Origin: Minisyncoccota bacterium
GTDB taxonomy: Bacteria; Patescibacteriota; Microgenomatia; UBA1400; PJMF01
NCBI GenBank assembly: GCA_003173865.1
Contig: PJMF01000016.1
Location: 17,347-81,346 of the forward strand
Length of the DNA stretch: 64,000 nucleotides
Direction of reading: 5' to 3'
Shown here in pieces: positions 9,575 through 18,984 of the stretch (positions are counted from its first letter, which is position 1; every line of letters starts with the position of its first letter). Both the position numbers and the translations under genes were made by a program. The notes under the pieces are model-generated. The model worked only from the letters and a program-made list of their open reading frames with translations, searched no databases and was not told the origin of the DNA.

Positions 9575-10675
9575 CTAAAATTTCAAAAAGTTGCCAAAGT
9601 TGGCGTACCACGCATTGGGGCTGGTTTTTGACTTAAAAGTGGTGGGTGCACTCACAAACGCTTGCCAGCTAAATACGGACCGAGGTTTCCAGAGGGCTGG
9701 GCGTTTGGGTTTGACTGGAGCAATGGCCGGAATGCCAACAGGCACGACTACCACGTTTTCTGTACTTGGTGTCGCCGGTAGATTCTCCTCCAACTCTAAC
9801 GCAAAAGAACTGACTAAAGGAGTGGGCAGGGGTTTCTTCAGGACAGGACCAGTGATAAACGGACTGATGATCATGGGAGGTGTCACATTGCTTGGACTAT
9901 TTCCAGTTTGGTCACTGTTTTGCCCGTTGTCGGAGTTTGTTTGATCCGAGCTGTCGCTATTGTCAGGTGAGTTGGTAGTTTGATCACTTGAACCGGCAGA
10001 GCTCACGCTCGTGTCGATTGAGCCGGTATCTGAACTGCTGGTGTCGGTCGAGGTCGCACTGGTATCAGGTGTGGACGCTGAGGGATTTGTCGGTTGAACG
10101 GTTGGCGAAGGGCCGGGTGTGTCTTGAGAGGGTTCAGAAGGGTTCGGTGTCGCTGTTGGCGTAGCTGAAATCAACGGTAAAGAGGTTGGTGTGCTACTAG
10201 AATAGGGTGTGGCAGTTGGTAATGTAGATGGTTTGGGCGTGTTGCTGGGTTTGGGTGTCCCCGTTGAAGTGGGTGCTGGTGTCGGCGCCGATGTGGGTGG
10301 TGAAGTAGGTTTCGGTGTGCTAGTGACAGTCGGTAATGTAGATGGTTTGGGGGTGTTGCTAGGTTTGGGTGTCCCCGTTGAAGTTGGTGCTGGCTTTGGC
10401 GCCGATGTGGGTGGTGAAGTAGGTTTCGGTGTGCTAGTGACAGTTGATAATGTAGAGGGTTGGGGTGTGCTGCTAGGTTTGGGTGTCCCCGTTGAAGTGG
10501 GTGCTGGTGTCGGCGCCGATGTGGGTGGTGAAGTAGGCGCTGGCGTCGAAGAATTTGAAGGGTTTGGAGTAGGTGAGGTTGTTGTTGACCCCAAGATGTG
10601 AGTGGAAAACGTGGTTTGTTGAGCCTGAACAATCAGCGAAGTCGCAAAAAAGAAAAATAAAACGAGGCTGCGCAT
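9575..10675 (-). CDS. secreted Pro/Thr/Ser-rich (mucin-like) repeat protein
   Basis: Signal peptide MRSLVLFFFFATSLIVQAQQ. Three roughly 38 aa PT-rich repeats (TSPPTSAPTPAPTSTGTPKPS.TP.PSTL.TVTSTPKP), then an S/D/T-rich tract and a non-repetitive C-terminal domain. Confidence 0.7.
   Translation of the reverse strand: MRSLVLFFFFATSLIVQAQQTTFSTHILGSTTTSPTPNPSNSSTPAPTSPPTSAPTPAPTSTGTPKPSSTPQPSTLSTVTSTPKPTSPPTSAPKPAPTSTGTPKPSNTPKPSTLPTVTSTPKPTSPPTSAPTPAPTSTGTPKPSNTPKPSTLPTATPYSSSTPTSLPLISATPTATPNPSEPSQDTPGPSPTVQPTNPSASTPDTSATSTDTSSSDTGSIDTSVSSAGSSDQTTNSPDNSDSSDQTNSDNGQNSDQTGNSPSNVTPPMIISPFITGPVLKKPLPTPLVSSFALELEENLPATPSTENVVVVPVGIPAIAPVKPKRPALWKPRSVFSWQAFVSAPTTFKSKTSPNAWYANFGNFLKF
10214..10555. 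repeat. 3 x ~114 bp near-identical direct tandem repeats inside the PT-rich protein CDS
   Basis: The nucleotide unit gtaatgtagatggtttggg..gtgttgct.ggtttgggtgtccccgttgaagt.ggtgctgg... repeats three times with a few substitutions. Confidence 0.8.
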
Positions 10676-10744
10676 AGATTGAAATTCATTATGATCATCA
10701 CAACAATATTTAGCAAGTTTCTAAATAATGCTGATTTGTTGATC

Positions 10745-10773
10745 AAACACAACAAAACCCCGCTTGGGCAGGG
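10745..10773 (-). terminator. intrinsic terminator (minus strand): CCCUGC-CCAA-GCGGGG followed by UUUUGUUGUGUUU
   Basis: Hairpin with a 6 bp stem (one G.U pair) followed by a U-rich tract, 30 nt downstream of the micropeptide stop codon. Confidence 0.5.
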
Positions 10774-10802
10774 CTCTGTTTCAACGCTAATAACACACCA
10801 AA

Positions 10803-10892
10803 TTACTTGTGTTTGCTGGTCATTTTTCCAGGTTTCATGGTTTTGGCTTTGGGCGTCACTTTTTTGGTGATGTTTTTTTTCACGGTTGCCAT
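10803..10892 (-). CDS. unannotated 29 aa Lys-rich micropeptide (MATVKKNITKKVTPKAKTMKPGKMTSKHK)
   Basis: Not in the ORF track because it is under 60 aa. A strong SD (GAGGGGGTGA) sits 6 nt upstream of the ATG. An intrinsic terminator follows. It lies 31 nt after the ABC exporter stop. Confidence 0.5.
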   Translation of the reverse strand: MATVKKNITKKVTPKAKTMKPGKMTSKHK

Positions 10893-10923
10893 AATATATC
10901 ACCCCCTCTGGTACGAGTATTCT

Positions 10924-12666
10924 CTAATACTCATGTAGTATAAGGTTATAAAAGTTTGACTTTTTGCGCAAGTCCATATGTTTGCCGGTGTCGACAATCT
11001 TGCCTTTGTCTACTACAACCACCAGGTCAGCTTCGCTGATGACATCTAAAACATTGGAAACAATAATGGTAGTTTTGCCTTTGGTGACTTTGCCAATACT
11101 CTCCCAAATTTGTTGCCGGGTCCTCAGGTCGAGTGCCGACATCGGCTCGTCAAAAATATAAATCTGGGCATCTTTCAAAAACGCCCGAGCCAGCATCAAG
11201 CGTTGGCGCTGACCACCGGACAAGTAATTACCGCCATCCCCTACTCGAAAGTGGTAGCCACGAGGCAATCGTTCGATGAATGCATCTGCGCAGGCGAGGC
11301 GCGCGGCGTGGCGAACGTCTTCTTCGGTGCTGTCAGGTCGGCCAAACGTAATAATGTTGTAAATTGTATCGTTAAATAAGTTGCTATCCTGGGGTACGAG
11401 AGAAATATTTTGGCGAATGGTTTGGATATCGTACTCTTGTAACTGGTGTTCTCCGAGCAGCATTTTTCCGCAGCTTGGTTCATCAATCAGGCGTGGAATC
11501 AGTGACACGATCGATGACTTGCCGGAGCCGCTGACGCCAACGATTACCGACAGCTTGCCAGCGGGAAACTTGACTGAAATATCGCGCAAGATAGGCAAGC
11601 CTTCTTTGCTCAAGAGATTAACGTGTTCGAAATCAATAGTGGTATCAGTAACTTCCGTTAAGACGCCCGTATTTTTGGTTTGTGACTTGGCTTCAAAAAA
11701 ATCATTCATCCGTTCGACCTTGACGGCGTTTTCTTTAAATGTGGACACAGCGTAAATAATCGACAAAATGGGATTCGTTAAGTCATCGAGGTAAAAAATA
11801 AAAATGATGAGGAGACCAGTAGAAAGCTCATTGTTCATCACCAAAGACAAACCATAGCCAATAATCAATGAGTAGCTGACAGCAATCACTGCGCCGATAA
11901 ATAAACCAAGCAGTAAATTAAGTTTCTCCAGCTTCAAGTCATTCTCTAGCGACAGCCTCATCTTTTGTTTAAACTCAGTAAGTTCAGTTTTTTCGCGGGA
12001 AAACGCCTGGATAATCCGCAACTGCGACAGCGCTTCTTGAATAAATGAAAACACTGCGCTGTTCCAGCGCTCTGAGCGTTGGGTAGTGCTCACGATCCGC
12101 TTGTTAAAAAAATACAACCCAAACACCAAAAATGGCATTGCCATCAGCGATAAAATTGTCAGGTCAACATTAATGAAAAATAAAATGGACGTCATCGCGA
12201 GCACAAACAGCAGCGACGTAAAAATCGGCAAGATTCCCTCTTCGATCAGCGTGCCGAGTGCTAAGACATCATTTCCTAAGCGGTAGATATAGTCGCCAAT
12301 TTCTTGTGTTCGGTAAAAGCCAATATTCAGCTTTTGCAAACTCTCAAAAGCTGTTTGCGAGAATTGATAAATAATCGCAGTCGTGACCTTTTTAACACTC
12401 AAGGAGTACATGTACTGGACGATGTGCGACATCAGCATCACAAAGAAAAATATAAACACCACGAAAAAGCCAAATGTCATTTTGTTATGGAAAAAATTTA
12501 CAAATGGAATAGGATCATCACCGAGTACGTTGTCAATCAGGTATTTAAACGGGAGCGGCGAGATTGCTTCAAACACAGTGGTCGCCATCATCAACACAAA
12601 GACCAAAAACAGACGAGGTATCTGTGGGCGAAGGTCTCTCAGCAGAACTCTATTAACAGTTTTCAT
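10924..12666 (-). CDS. ABC exporter, fused permease + ATPase (MsbA/type I exporter family)
   Basis: Six N-terminal TM helices. Walker A GVSGSGKSS, signature LSGGQRQRLMLARAF, Walker B IYIFDEPMSALD. Confidence 0.85.
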   Translation of the reverse strand: MKTVNRVLLRDLRPQIPRLFLVFVLMMATTVFEAISPLPFKYLIDNVLGDDPIPFVNFFHNKMTFGFFVVFIFFFVMLMSHIVQYMYSLSVKKVTTAIIYQFSQTAFESLQKLNIGFYRTQEIGDYIYRLGNDVLALGTLIEEGILPIFTSLLFVLAMTSILFFINVDLTILSLMAMPFLVFGLYFFNKRIVSTTQRSERWNSAVFSFIQEALSQLRIIQAFSREKTELTEFKQKMRLSLENDLKLEKLNLLLGLFIGAVIAVSYSLIIGYGLSLVMNNELSTGLLIIFIFYLDDLTNPILSIIYAVSTFKENAVKVERMNDFFEAKSQTKNTGVLTEVTDTTIDFEHVNLLSKEGLPILRDISVKFPAGKLSVIVGVSGSGKSSIVSLIPRLIDEPSCGKMLLGEHQLQEYDIQTIRQNISLVPQDSNLFNDTIYNIITFGRPDSTEEDVRHAARLACADAFIERLPRGYHFRVGDGGNYLSGGQRQRLMLARAFLKDAQIYIFDEPMSALDLRTRQQIWESIGKVTKGKTTIIVSNVLDVISEADLVVVVDKGKIVDTGKHMDLRKKSNFYNLILHEY

Positions 12667-12844
12667 GGGTCAGGACCGGTCTATATTTTAGCCTAAGCTT
12701 CACGCTAGGGTTTAGCTCCGCTGCAGCTTGGTTGGACAAACAAAAATTCTTCGTGTAAGAGCATACGGTGTCTACAAGGGCTTTGCAAGAGTACATTGAA
12801 GAATTGTTTGCGGGTAAAAGTGCGCCTCTAGTATAATAATCAGA

Positions 12845-14089
12845 ATGAAACTCCACATCGCGATGATCTCTTTTCACACGTGTCCTCTTGCGTCGCAAGA
12901 AGGCAAAGAAACAGGTGGAATGAATGTCTACGTGCTCGAGTTATCGAAAGAACTCGCGCATGAGGGTCACATAGTGGATATTTTTACTAGAAGTCAGGAT
13001 GTCGACAATCCAGAAATTGTAAATGTTACTGAAGGTCTGCGAGTGATCCATCTCAAAGCCGGTCCGCAGACAAATGTTTCCAAAAAACAACTGGGAAATT
13101 ATCTGCATGAGTTTGAAGAACAGATGGTTCAGTTTATCGATACTCACCACGTGCGGTATGACGTATTGCACTGCCACTATTATTACTCTGGTCTCATTGG
13201 TCTTGAGCTCCAAAAACGACTGCCAACTCCGCTGCCAATCGTGATGATGTTTCACACGTTAGCGCTAATGAAAAATTTAGTTGCACGAACTGAAGCAGAA
13301 AAAGAAAATAGTGAGCGGGTCGATGCAGAGTTTTTATTAACGAAGAAAGTTCAAAAAATTATTGTGCCAAGTGAAAACGAAATGAAGTATTACCAGTACT
13401 TGTATGGTGTGCAGCAAAATCGATTAGCTGTGATTCCACCAGGGGTGGATGTGCACCTTTTTCACCCAATGTCCAAAAAAACGGCAAAGCAAGTAATTGG
13501 TGCTGATGAAGATCACAAAATTATTTTATTTGTCGGCAGAATTGAACCATTGAAAGGAATTGATGGATTAATTTATTCGATGAAAATTCTGACGCAAAAA
13601 CATCCGAACTGTCAAATCTGTTTGTGGATCGTGGGCGGTGATATTTCGCAAAAACAAGATCGGTGGTCGGCTGAACTACAAAAAATTGAGGAACTCAGAA
13701 GTCTACTGCACATTCCGACCGTAGTGAAGTTAGTTGGTCAGCGGCCACAAATCGAACTGCCGTATTACTACAATAGTGCGGAAGTAGTGGTGATGCCGTC
13801 ACACTATGAATCTTTTGGTATGGCTGCAGCTGAAGCAATGGCGTGTGGAGTGCCGGTGATTACCACGAATGTAACAGGAATCTCCAGCTTATTTGATGAA
13901 CGGCACAAGTCACTGATTACTTCGGTGAATAATCCTTTACTGCTTGCATCACAAATTGAGCATGTGCTGATGAATACCAAAGCGCATGCCGATATAAGTG
14001 TCGAAGTGCAGAAAAAAATTCAAGATTTAGCATGGCCGGAAGTTGCCCAACAGATCGTGCATGTGTATCGTGAAGTGATAGACTTCTAA
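12845..14089 (+). CDS. GT4 retaining glycosyltransferase, MshA/BshA-like (also resembles sugar-phosphate synthases)
   Basis: N-terminus MISFHTCPL...GGMNVYVLELSKELAHEGHIVDIFTR closely parallels the MshA N-terminus (MIS.HTSPL..GGMNVY). C-terminal GT-B E..E motif region (VVMPSHYESFGMAAAEAMACGVPVI). Confidence 0.8.
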   Translation: MKLHIAMISFHTCPLASQEGKETGGMNVYVLELSKELAHEGHIVDIFTRSQDVDNPEIVNVTEGLRVIHLKAGPQTNVSKKQLGNYLHEFEEQMVQFIDTHHVRYDVLHCHYYYSGLIGLELQKRLPTPLPIVMMFHTLALMKNLVARTEAEKENSERVDAEFLLTKKVQKIIVPSENEMKYYQYLYGVQQNRLAVIPPGVDVHLFHPMSKKTAKQVIGADEDHKIILFVGRIEPLKGIDGLIYSMKILTQKHPNCQICLWIVGGDISQKQDRWSAELQKIEELRSLLHIPTVVKLVGQRPQIELPYYYNSAEVVVMPSHYESFGMAAAEAMACGVPVITTNVTGISSLFDERHKSLITSVNNPLLLASQIEHVLMNTKAHADISVEVQKKIQDLAWPEVAQQIVHVYREVIDF

Positions 14090-14091
14090 CT

Positions 14092-14580
14092 ATGTCACAG
14101 ATTTTTTATATTTTCCGTCACGCACAGTCTATTCCTCTTGGTGAGGAGTATGGATCACGTGTATTGACAGCAGAAGTTATCCCAGAATTTTTACCACCAA
14201 TTCGTCGGATGGCTGATTTTTTAAAAACAGTTCCAACTGATGTGCAGTACAGTTCAGAAGTTCTGCGATGTCGACAAACCGCGGCAATCGTCACTGAAAT
14301 GACCGGAAAGCACTTTACTTTTGATGCCAGATTGAATGAGTATAATCAGGAAACTTTTGAACATTTTACAGAAAGAGTCAGAAATTTTCTCGATGAAGTG
14401 CAGCGGGGCTCATCTAGTAGTATCTTAATTTGTACTCACGGTGCAGTCATCGCAGCTTTAAAAAATTTTTTACTGAAGAATGAGTTTACTAAAGAAGAAC
14501 TCCTGGATTATCCTGATTCTGGAATTTTGTTAGAAATTAAAAACGGACACATTACGAAAAAAGATTTTAATGTACAGTAG
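14092..14580 (+). CDS. histidine phosphatase superfamily protein (SixA/PGM-like)
   Basis: N-terminal RHx motif (IFRHAQS) and a downstream His (CTHGAV). Translationally coupled to the GT4 gene (3 nt gap). Confidence 0.7.
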   Translation: MSQIFYIFRHAQSIPLGEEYGSRVLTAEVIPEFLPPIRRMADFLKTVPTDVQYSSEVLRCRQTAAIVTEMTGKHFTFDARLNEYNQETFEHFTERVRNFLDEVQRGSSSSILICTHGAVIAALKNFLLKNEFTKEELLDYPDSGILLEIKNGHITKKDFNVQ

Positions 14581-15547
14581 TCAACGTTTGGTTTGGGTTG
14601 ATTTGATTAAAGTGATCGCAATTTTTTTGGTTGTGTTGCTTCATGCATCAGCGGCGCCTCTATATCTTTGGCCAAATATTTCTTTGTTGAGTTGGATGAC
14701 AGCGAATATATTTGACTCACTGAGCCGAGTATCCGTACCATTATTTGTGATGGCAAGTGGAGCTGTTTTACTTGGAAAAAAGGAAGATCTTCTGATTTTT
14801 TTTCAAAAAAGAATAATTAAAGTGGGGATACCTTGGTTGTTATGGACACTGATTTATATATTTTGGTACTTAATAAAAGATCAGGTTGTGATTACCACTT
14901 TTTCGCAGGCGAAATCTTTTTTTGCGACTACTGCACTGGGTGGTTTTTGGTTTTTAGTGATGTTGTTTGAGTTATATCTTTTGACGCCCGTTCTGAGGAT
15001 TATTGCGCAACATGCAAAAAGGAATGAAAAAATCTTTGCAGTTGGAATGTGGATGATCTTTTGTGTAGTTTTACATTGGCGTTATCCGATGCCTCTCGTG
15101 GTTGATTACATCGGATATTTCTTGCTTGGTTTTTGGATGAGAGACATTGTGTGGCAAAAAAAAATTATATGGGTAAGTGCATGCTGCTTTGGTGTCAGCT
15201 TCTTAGTCACGATTTTTGGGACCTGGTTTTTTACGTCTACTCATCACCAATTGAGTGATCCATTTTATGAATTTTTATCGCCCAATATAGTGATTATGTC
15301 ACTGAGTGGTTTTGTTTCTTTGCAGTACATAGGTCAAAAAATGAATGTCAGAAAGGGCTTCGTAACGGCCATCGCAAATCTTAGTTTTGGAATTTACTTG
15401 CTTCATGTCATCATTCTGGAAACACTACGAAGCAAGCTTCCAGCAGAATTTCCAGTTTTAGTTTTAGCTCTGGTTACTTATTTAATAAGCGGTGGAGCTA
15501 TTTTCCTTCTACAAAAAAGTAAGATTCTGCGTTTTTTGGCGCCATGA
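14570..15547 (+). CDS. acyltransferase family 3 (OatA-like membrane O-acyltransferase)
   Basis: Start overlaps the previous stop. WVDLIKVIAIFLVVLLH N-terminal motif. About 10 TM helices. Confidence 0.75.
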   Translation: MYSSQRLVWVDLIKVIAIFLVVLLHASAAPLYLWPNISLLSWMTANIFDSLSRVSVPLFVMASGAVLLGKKEDLLIFFQKRIIKVGIPWLLWTLIYIFWYLIKDQVVITTFSQAKSFFATTALGGFWFLVMLFELYLLTPVLRIIAQHAKRNEKIFAVGMWMIFCVVLHWRYPMPLVVDYIGYFLLGFWMRDIVWQKKIIWVSACCFGVSFLVTIFGTWFFTSTHHQLSDPFYEFLSPNIVIMSLSGFVSLQYIGQKMNVRKGFVTAIANLSFGIYLLHVIILETLRSKLPAEFPVLVLALVTYLISGGAIFLLQKSKILRFLAP

Positions 15548-15560
15548 GTTATAATGAGCC

Positions 15561-15947
15561 ATGGCTCAAAAACCGCTTGTCTTTGTCTGTGACGATGATC
15601 AAGGAATCGTTGATTTCACCAAAATCGTTTTGGAAGAAAAGGGCTGTGAAGTCATGATTTGTTTGAACTCGGATGCTGTGCTAAAAGGCATTAAAGAGCA
15701 CACTCCACAGCTGATTTTGCTCGATTTGTGGATGCCTTCTATTGGCGGGGCGGAAACGATTAAAAAGATTCGTCACCACTTCGGTAATCATCCAATTCCG
15801 ATCATTATTTTTTCCGCTAGTAAAGAAACCGAACAGGTTGCTTTATCACTCAAAGTATCTGATTTTTTAACAAAACCGTTTGATATTGAAGAGTTAGAAA
15901 AAATAGTGGAACGTCACCTACCTGGAAATTGGAAGCTCTCGGAATGA
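15561..15947 (+). CDS. single-domain response regulator (CheY-like REC)
   Basis: DD pair (FVCDDD), phospho-acceptor D in LLDLWMP, S/T in IIFSAS, K in TKPF. Confidence 0.85.
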   Translation: MAQKPLVFVCDDDQGIVDFTKIVLEEKGCEVMICLNSDAVLKGIKEHTPQLILLDLWMPSIGGAETIKKIRHHFGNHPIPIIIFSASKETEQVALSLKVSDFLTKPFDIEELEKIVERHLPGNWKLSE

Positions 15948-16846
15948 TTTTTTTTAGTTTTCCACTCAGTGATTACTTAACGATCTTTTTTTCGATTTTG
16001 ATCGAGGCGATTCCATTTGTGACTTTGGGAGTTATTGTTTCGAGTCTCTTAACTGCATTTGTAAAAGATGAATGGTTACTAAAGATGATTCCGAAACAGA
16101 AATTCTTAGGACATCTCGTGATTGCTTTTTTTGGTTGTGTATTTCCGGTATGCGAATGTGGAAATGTGCCCGTGGCACGGCGTTTAATTGAGAAAGGTTT
16201 ACCAGTTTCACAAGCAGTGACGTTCTTGCTGGCTGCTCCTGTGATTAATCCGATTGTGATTATTTCTACTTATATAGCTTTTCGTTTTGCGCCTGAAGTC
16301 GTTGTTTTGCGCGTAGCGATTTCTTTTGTTATTGCAATTGTAACGGGCTTAGTTGTTTCATTACACAAACATCCAGAAAATTTGTTAACTGAATCTGTGG
16401 CCGAAGCGTGTCATCATCATCATGAACCGCCAAAATTTTTGAATGAAAAAATATCTGTTTTCTTGGGTACAGTCCGTCACGAAGTTTTAGAAATGACAAC
16501 TGCACTCCTTCTCGGAGCCACGATCGCGGCAATTACCACCACTTTATCAAGAGAAACGATCGTTGCCATTGCTCAGACTCCTTTGCTCGCTACACTCGCG
16601 ATGATGATCCTCGCATTGGTGATGTCTATCTGTTCAACTGTCGATGCATTTGTGGCGCTTGGTTATTTAGGGCGTTTTCCAGTGAGTGCGTTGCTTGCTT
16701 TTCTAATTTTTGGACCAATGATTGATCTTCGCGTCATTAGTATGTTGAAAACAACGTTTCGTTGGAAATTTATTTTTATGATTGTAGTTTTAGTAAGTGA
16801 GATGATTATTATTTCGTCAATTGTGCTCAATTTTTTTGGAAGATAA
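15929..16846 (+). CDS. permease of the DUF318/ArsP-like family (CxC motif)
   Basis: Polytopic membrane protein with the motif FPVCECGNVPVARRL. Translationally coupled to the following gene. Confidence 0.65.
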   Translation: MEALGMIFFSFPLSDYLTIFFSILIEAIPFVTLGVIVSSLLTAFVKDEWLLKMIPKQKFLGHLVIAFFGCVFPVCECGNVPVARRLIEKGLPVSQAVTFLLAAPVINPIVIISTYIAFRFAPEVVVLRVAISFVIAIVTGLVVSLHKHPENLLTESVAEACHHHHEPPKFLNEKISVFLGTVRHEVLEMTTALLLGATIAAITTTLSRETIVAIAQTPLLATLAMMILALVMSICSTVDAFVALGYLGRFPVSALLAFLIFGPMIDLRVISMLKTTFRWKFIFMIVVLVSEMIIISSIVLNFFGR

Positions 16847-17600
16847 GAACATGGAAAAGCAATTCAATTTACAAATAGCTTTAGAGTCTCTAACTCTGAT
16901 TGGGATTGGCATATTTTTGATGTACCTAAAAGTGAGTAATGCATTGGGATACTATGTGCGGCCCGACTATCATCTCCTTACTTTTGGCGTCGGTATTTTT
17001 TTGGTAATTGTGGGAGTCTGTAGTTCTTTTTCGTCACTTTTATACTTCAAAAATCCCAAAAAAAGTTGGAGAATTTCTATTCCTAAAGTGTGTGCGCTCA
17101 TTATTATTATTTTTATTTTATTTGTTGGAGTTGTGACACCTCGTCGCGCCTTGTCAGCTCAGTTAGCCAGTTTGCGGGGAACGAATCAGAATCTCTTAGT
17201 GGGGACACATACGAATTCGGCAGCAAGCAGCGATCAAGGGAGTCCCTTACTTCAAGCAAATAAGAGTGAGTCATACACGATAGCTGATTGGATTAGACTT
17301 TTTTCTGTTGACCCGGAGCCCGATAACTATATTGGCAAGCCTGTGAGTGTGATTGGCTTTGTTCAAGTAAACCCCAATCAAACTTTTACAGTATCTCGCT
17401 TTGTCATTACGTGTTGTGCAGTCGACGCTACCCCAATTGGTTTAGTTGTTGATCAAAAAGTGAGTGAGTTACATAGTGATGATTGGGTGCACGTGACCGG
17501 AAAATTAAAAGTGGCAACTATAAATGATAAGCGTCAAGCAGTAATAGAACCGTCTGAAGTTCAAAAAATTTCACAACCTGCAGATCCTTATCTCTATTAA
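16821..17600 (+). CDS. TIGR03943-like membrane protein, the usual partner of DUF318 permeases
   Basis: N-terminal TM helices and a C-terminal soluble domain with a CC motif (FVITCCAVDATPIG). Gene order and overlap with the permease. Confidence 0.5.
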   Translation: MCSIFLEDKNMEKQFNLQIALESLTLIGIGIFLMYLKVSNALGYYVRPDYHLLTFGVGIFLVIVGVCSSFSSLLYFKNPKKSWRISIPKVCALIIIIFILFVGVVTPRRALSAQLASLRGTNQNLLVGTHTNSAASSDQGSPLLQANKSESYTIADWIRLFSVDPEPDNYIGKPVSVIGFVQVNPNQTFTVSRFVITCCAVDATPIGLVVDQKVSELHSDDWVHVTGKLKVATINDKRQAVIEPSEVQKISQPADPYLY

Positions 17601-17607
17601 ATATTCT

Positions 17608-18984
17608 ATGTTAAAAATTAATCTCTTTTTTTTCTTTTTGACTGTATGTTTTATTTTTTTGGCTCCTTTTGCAAAACCACGAATTACAACTGTCGAAGTG
17701 AAAGAGGGAACACTACACAACGCGGAAACACTTGATCAACAAATAAAAATTACTTTTTCTCGACCGATGGATGAAAAAAGTGTCGCACAAAATGTCGAAG
17801 TATCGCCCAAGTTTGAGTACAGTACAAGTTGGGCAAACAATACATTTTTTATGACACCAAAATTGCCCTTAGTATCTGGAGAACACTACCTTTTAACTGT
17901 CCACAAAAATGTCCAGGACATCTATCAGCGTGAACTTGCGCAAGATGAAAAAATTACATTTCAGACAAAAAACTACCAGTTTGTGTATTTGAATAGAGAC
18001 AATCAACTGACAGTAAGTGGTTTCGCTCAGTCTCCCCAAGTAATTACTGATAAGAAAAATATTAAAGAATATCAAGTTAACCGTAAAAAACACTCTATTG
18101 TTTATTTTGATCAACCTACAGACGAAGGTGAAACAAATATTTTTTCATACGATTTGTTAACACAACAGACCACGCAAATTCCCAACCAATTACATGCGCG
18201 TCTTTCGAATTTGCAAATAGACGGAACAGGGGAGCAGCTTTACTTTATTGCAGATATACCCCTTGATCATCCAGATCAAGACGTTAATGGCGACCCCACT
18301 ACGACGCAAGCAAAAGTATTTCATTATGATTTGATCACGCATCAACAGAGTGAGTCTGATTTATTACAAACCTTTCCAACGTTAGTGCGTTTTTGGATTA
18401 CTCCTGAAGGAAATACATTTATGGTCAATGATTTGAGTGGTGAACTGTTTCTGCGCGCAATTAGTGGCGGAAAAAGTGTCGCGTTAGGCAAATACTCTGA
18501 TTATCGCGATGGAGATTTCCGTGGGGATAAATTAATTTTTATTGATTCATCTCAAGAATACAACTATGTGCAAGGAATTATCCTTTATGATGGAAGTACA
18601 ACTCGCATGACAGACGTGAGCGAAATTGCAGCCACACCATTTTTGAGCCTTGATGGCACTTTGATTAGTTATAGTTTTGTGCCCAAAAACTCAGCAGAAA
18701 CTGCTGGGCAAGAAGGAGTTAAAGTGATAAATATTGCAAACAAAAAAACGCTTTTTGAGAAATATGATTCCCAGTACAGCTTTGAACTGAGTAAATTGTC
18801 TGCAGACAATAAATATCTTGCAGTAGAAGAATACAATAAAGACCAGCTGAATGATTTCGTGCATATTCGCAAATATGGAGAACCAAATAAACCAGACCAA
18901 GCAAAGATAATTTTCTTTGATGTACAATCTTGGCGACCACTGCCGATGAGTATTGAGGGCAAAGAATTTCGTTGGATTAATTAA
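17608..18984 (+). CDS. secreted hypothetical protein with an N-terminal Ig-like (SbsA/Big_5-like) domain and a beta-rich C-terminus
   Basis: Signal peptide and an RPMDEKS motif in an Ig-like segment. No catalytic motifs recognised. Confidence 0.45.
   Translation: MLKINLFFFFLTVCFIFLAPFAKPRITTVEVKEGTLHNAETLDQQIKITFSRPMDEKSVAQNVEVSPKFEYSTSWANNTFFMTPKLPLVSGEHYLLTVHKNVQDIYQRELAQDEKITFQTKNYQFVYLNRDNQLTVSGFAQSPQVITDKKNIKEYQVNRKKHSIVYFDQPTDEGETNIFSYDLLTQQTTQIPNQLHARLSNLQIDGTGEQLYFIADIPLDHPDQDVNGDPTTTQAKVFHYDLITHQQSESDLLQTFPTLVRFWITPEGNTFMVNDLSGELFLRAISGGKSVALGKYSDYRDGDFRGDKLIFIDSSQEYNYVQGIILYDGSTTRMTDVSEIAATPFLSLDGTLISYSFVPKNSAETAGQEGVKVINIANKKTLFEKYDSQYSFELSKLSADNKYLAVEEYNKDQLNDFVHIRKYGEPNKPDQAKIIFFDVQSWRPLPMSIEGKEFRWIN

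Noticed and set aside
10171-10632. Two overlapping ORFs (153 aa on the minus strand and 130 aa on the plus strand) over the repeat region, encoding His/Pro/Arg-rich or Gly/Val-rich polypeptides
   Set aside because: They are alternative-frame readings of the same 114 bp tandem repeats. The PT-rich frame with a signal peptide and a non-repetitive C-terminal domain is the coherent gene.
12653-12898. 81 aa minus-strand ORF spanning the divergent promoter region between the ABC exporter and the GT4 gene
   Set aside because: It overlaps both flanking gene starts and the promoter region, and has no signals, so it is likely spurious.
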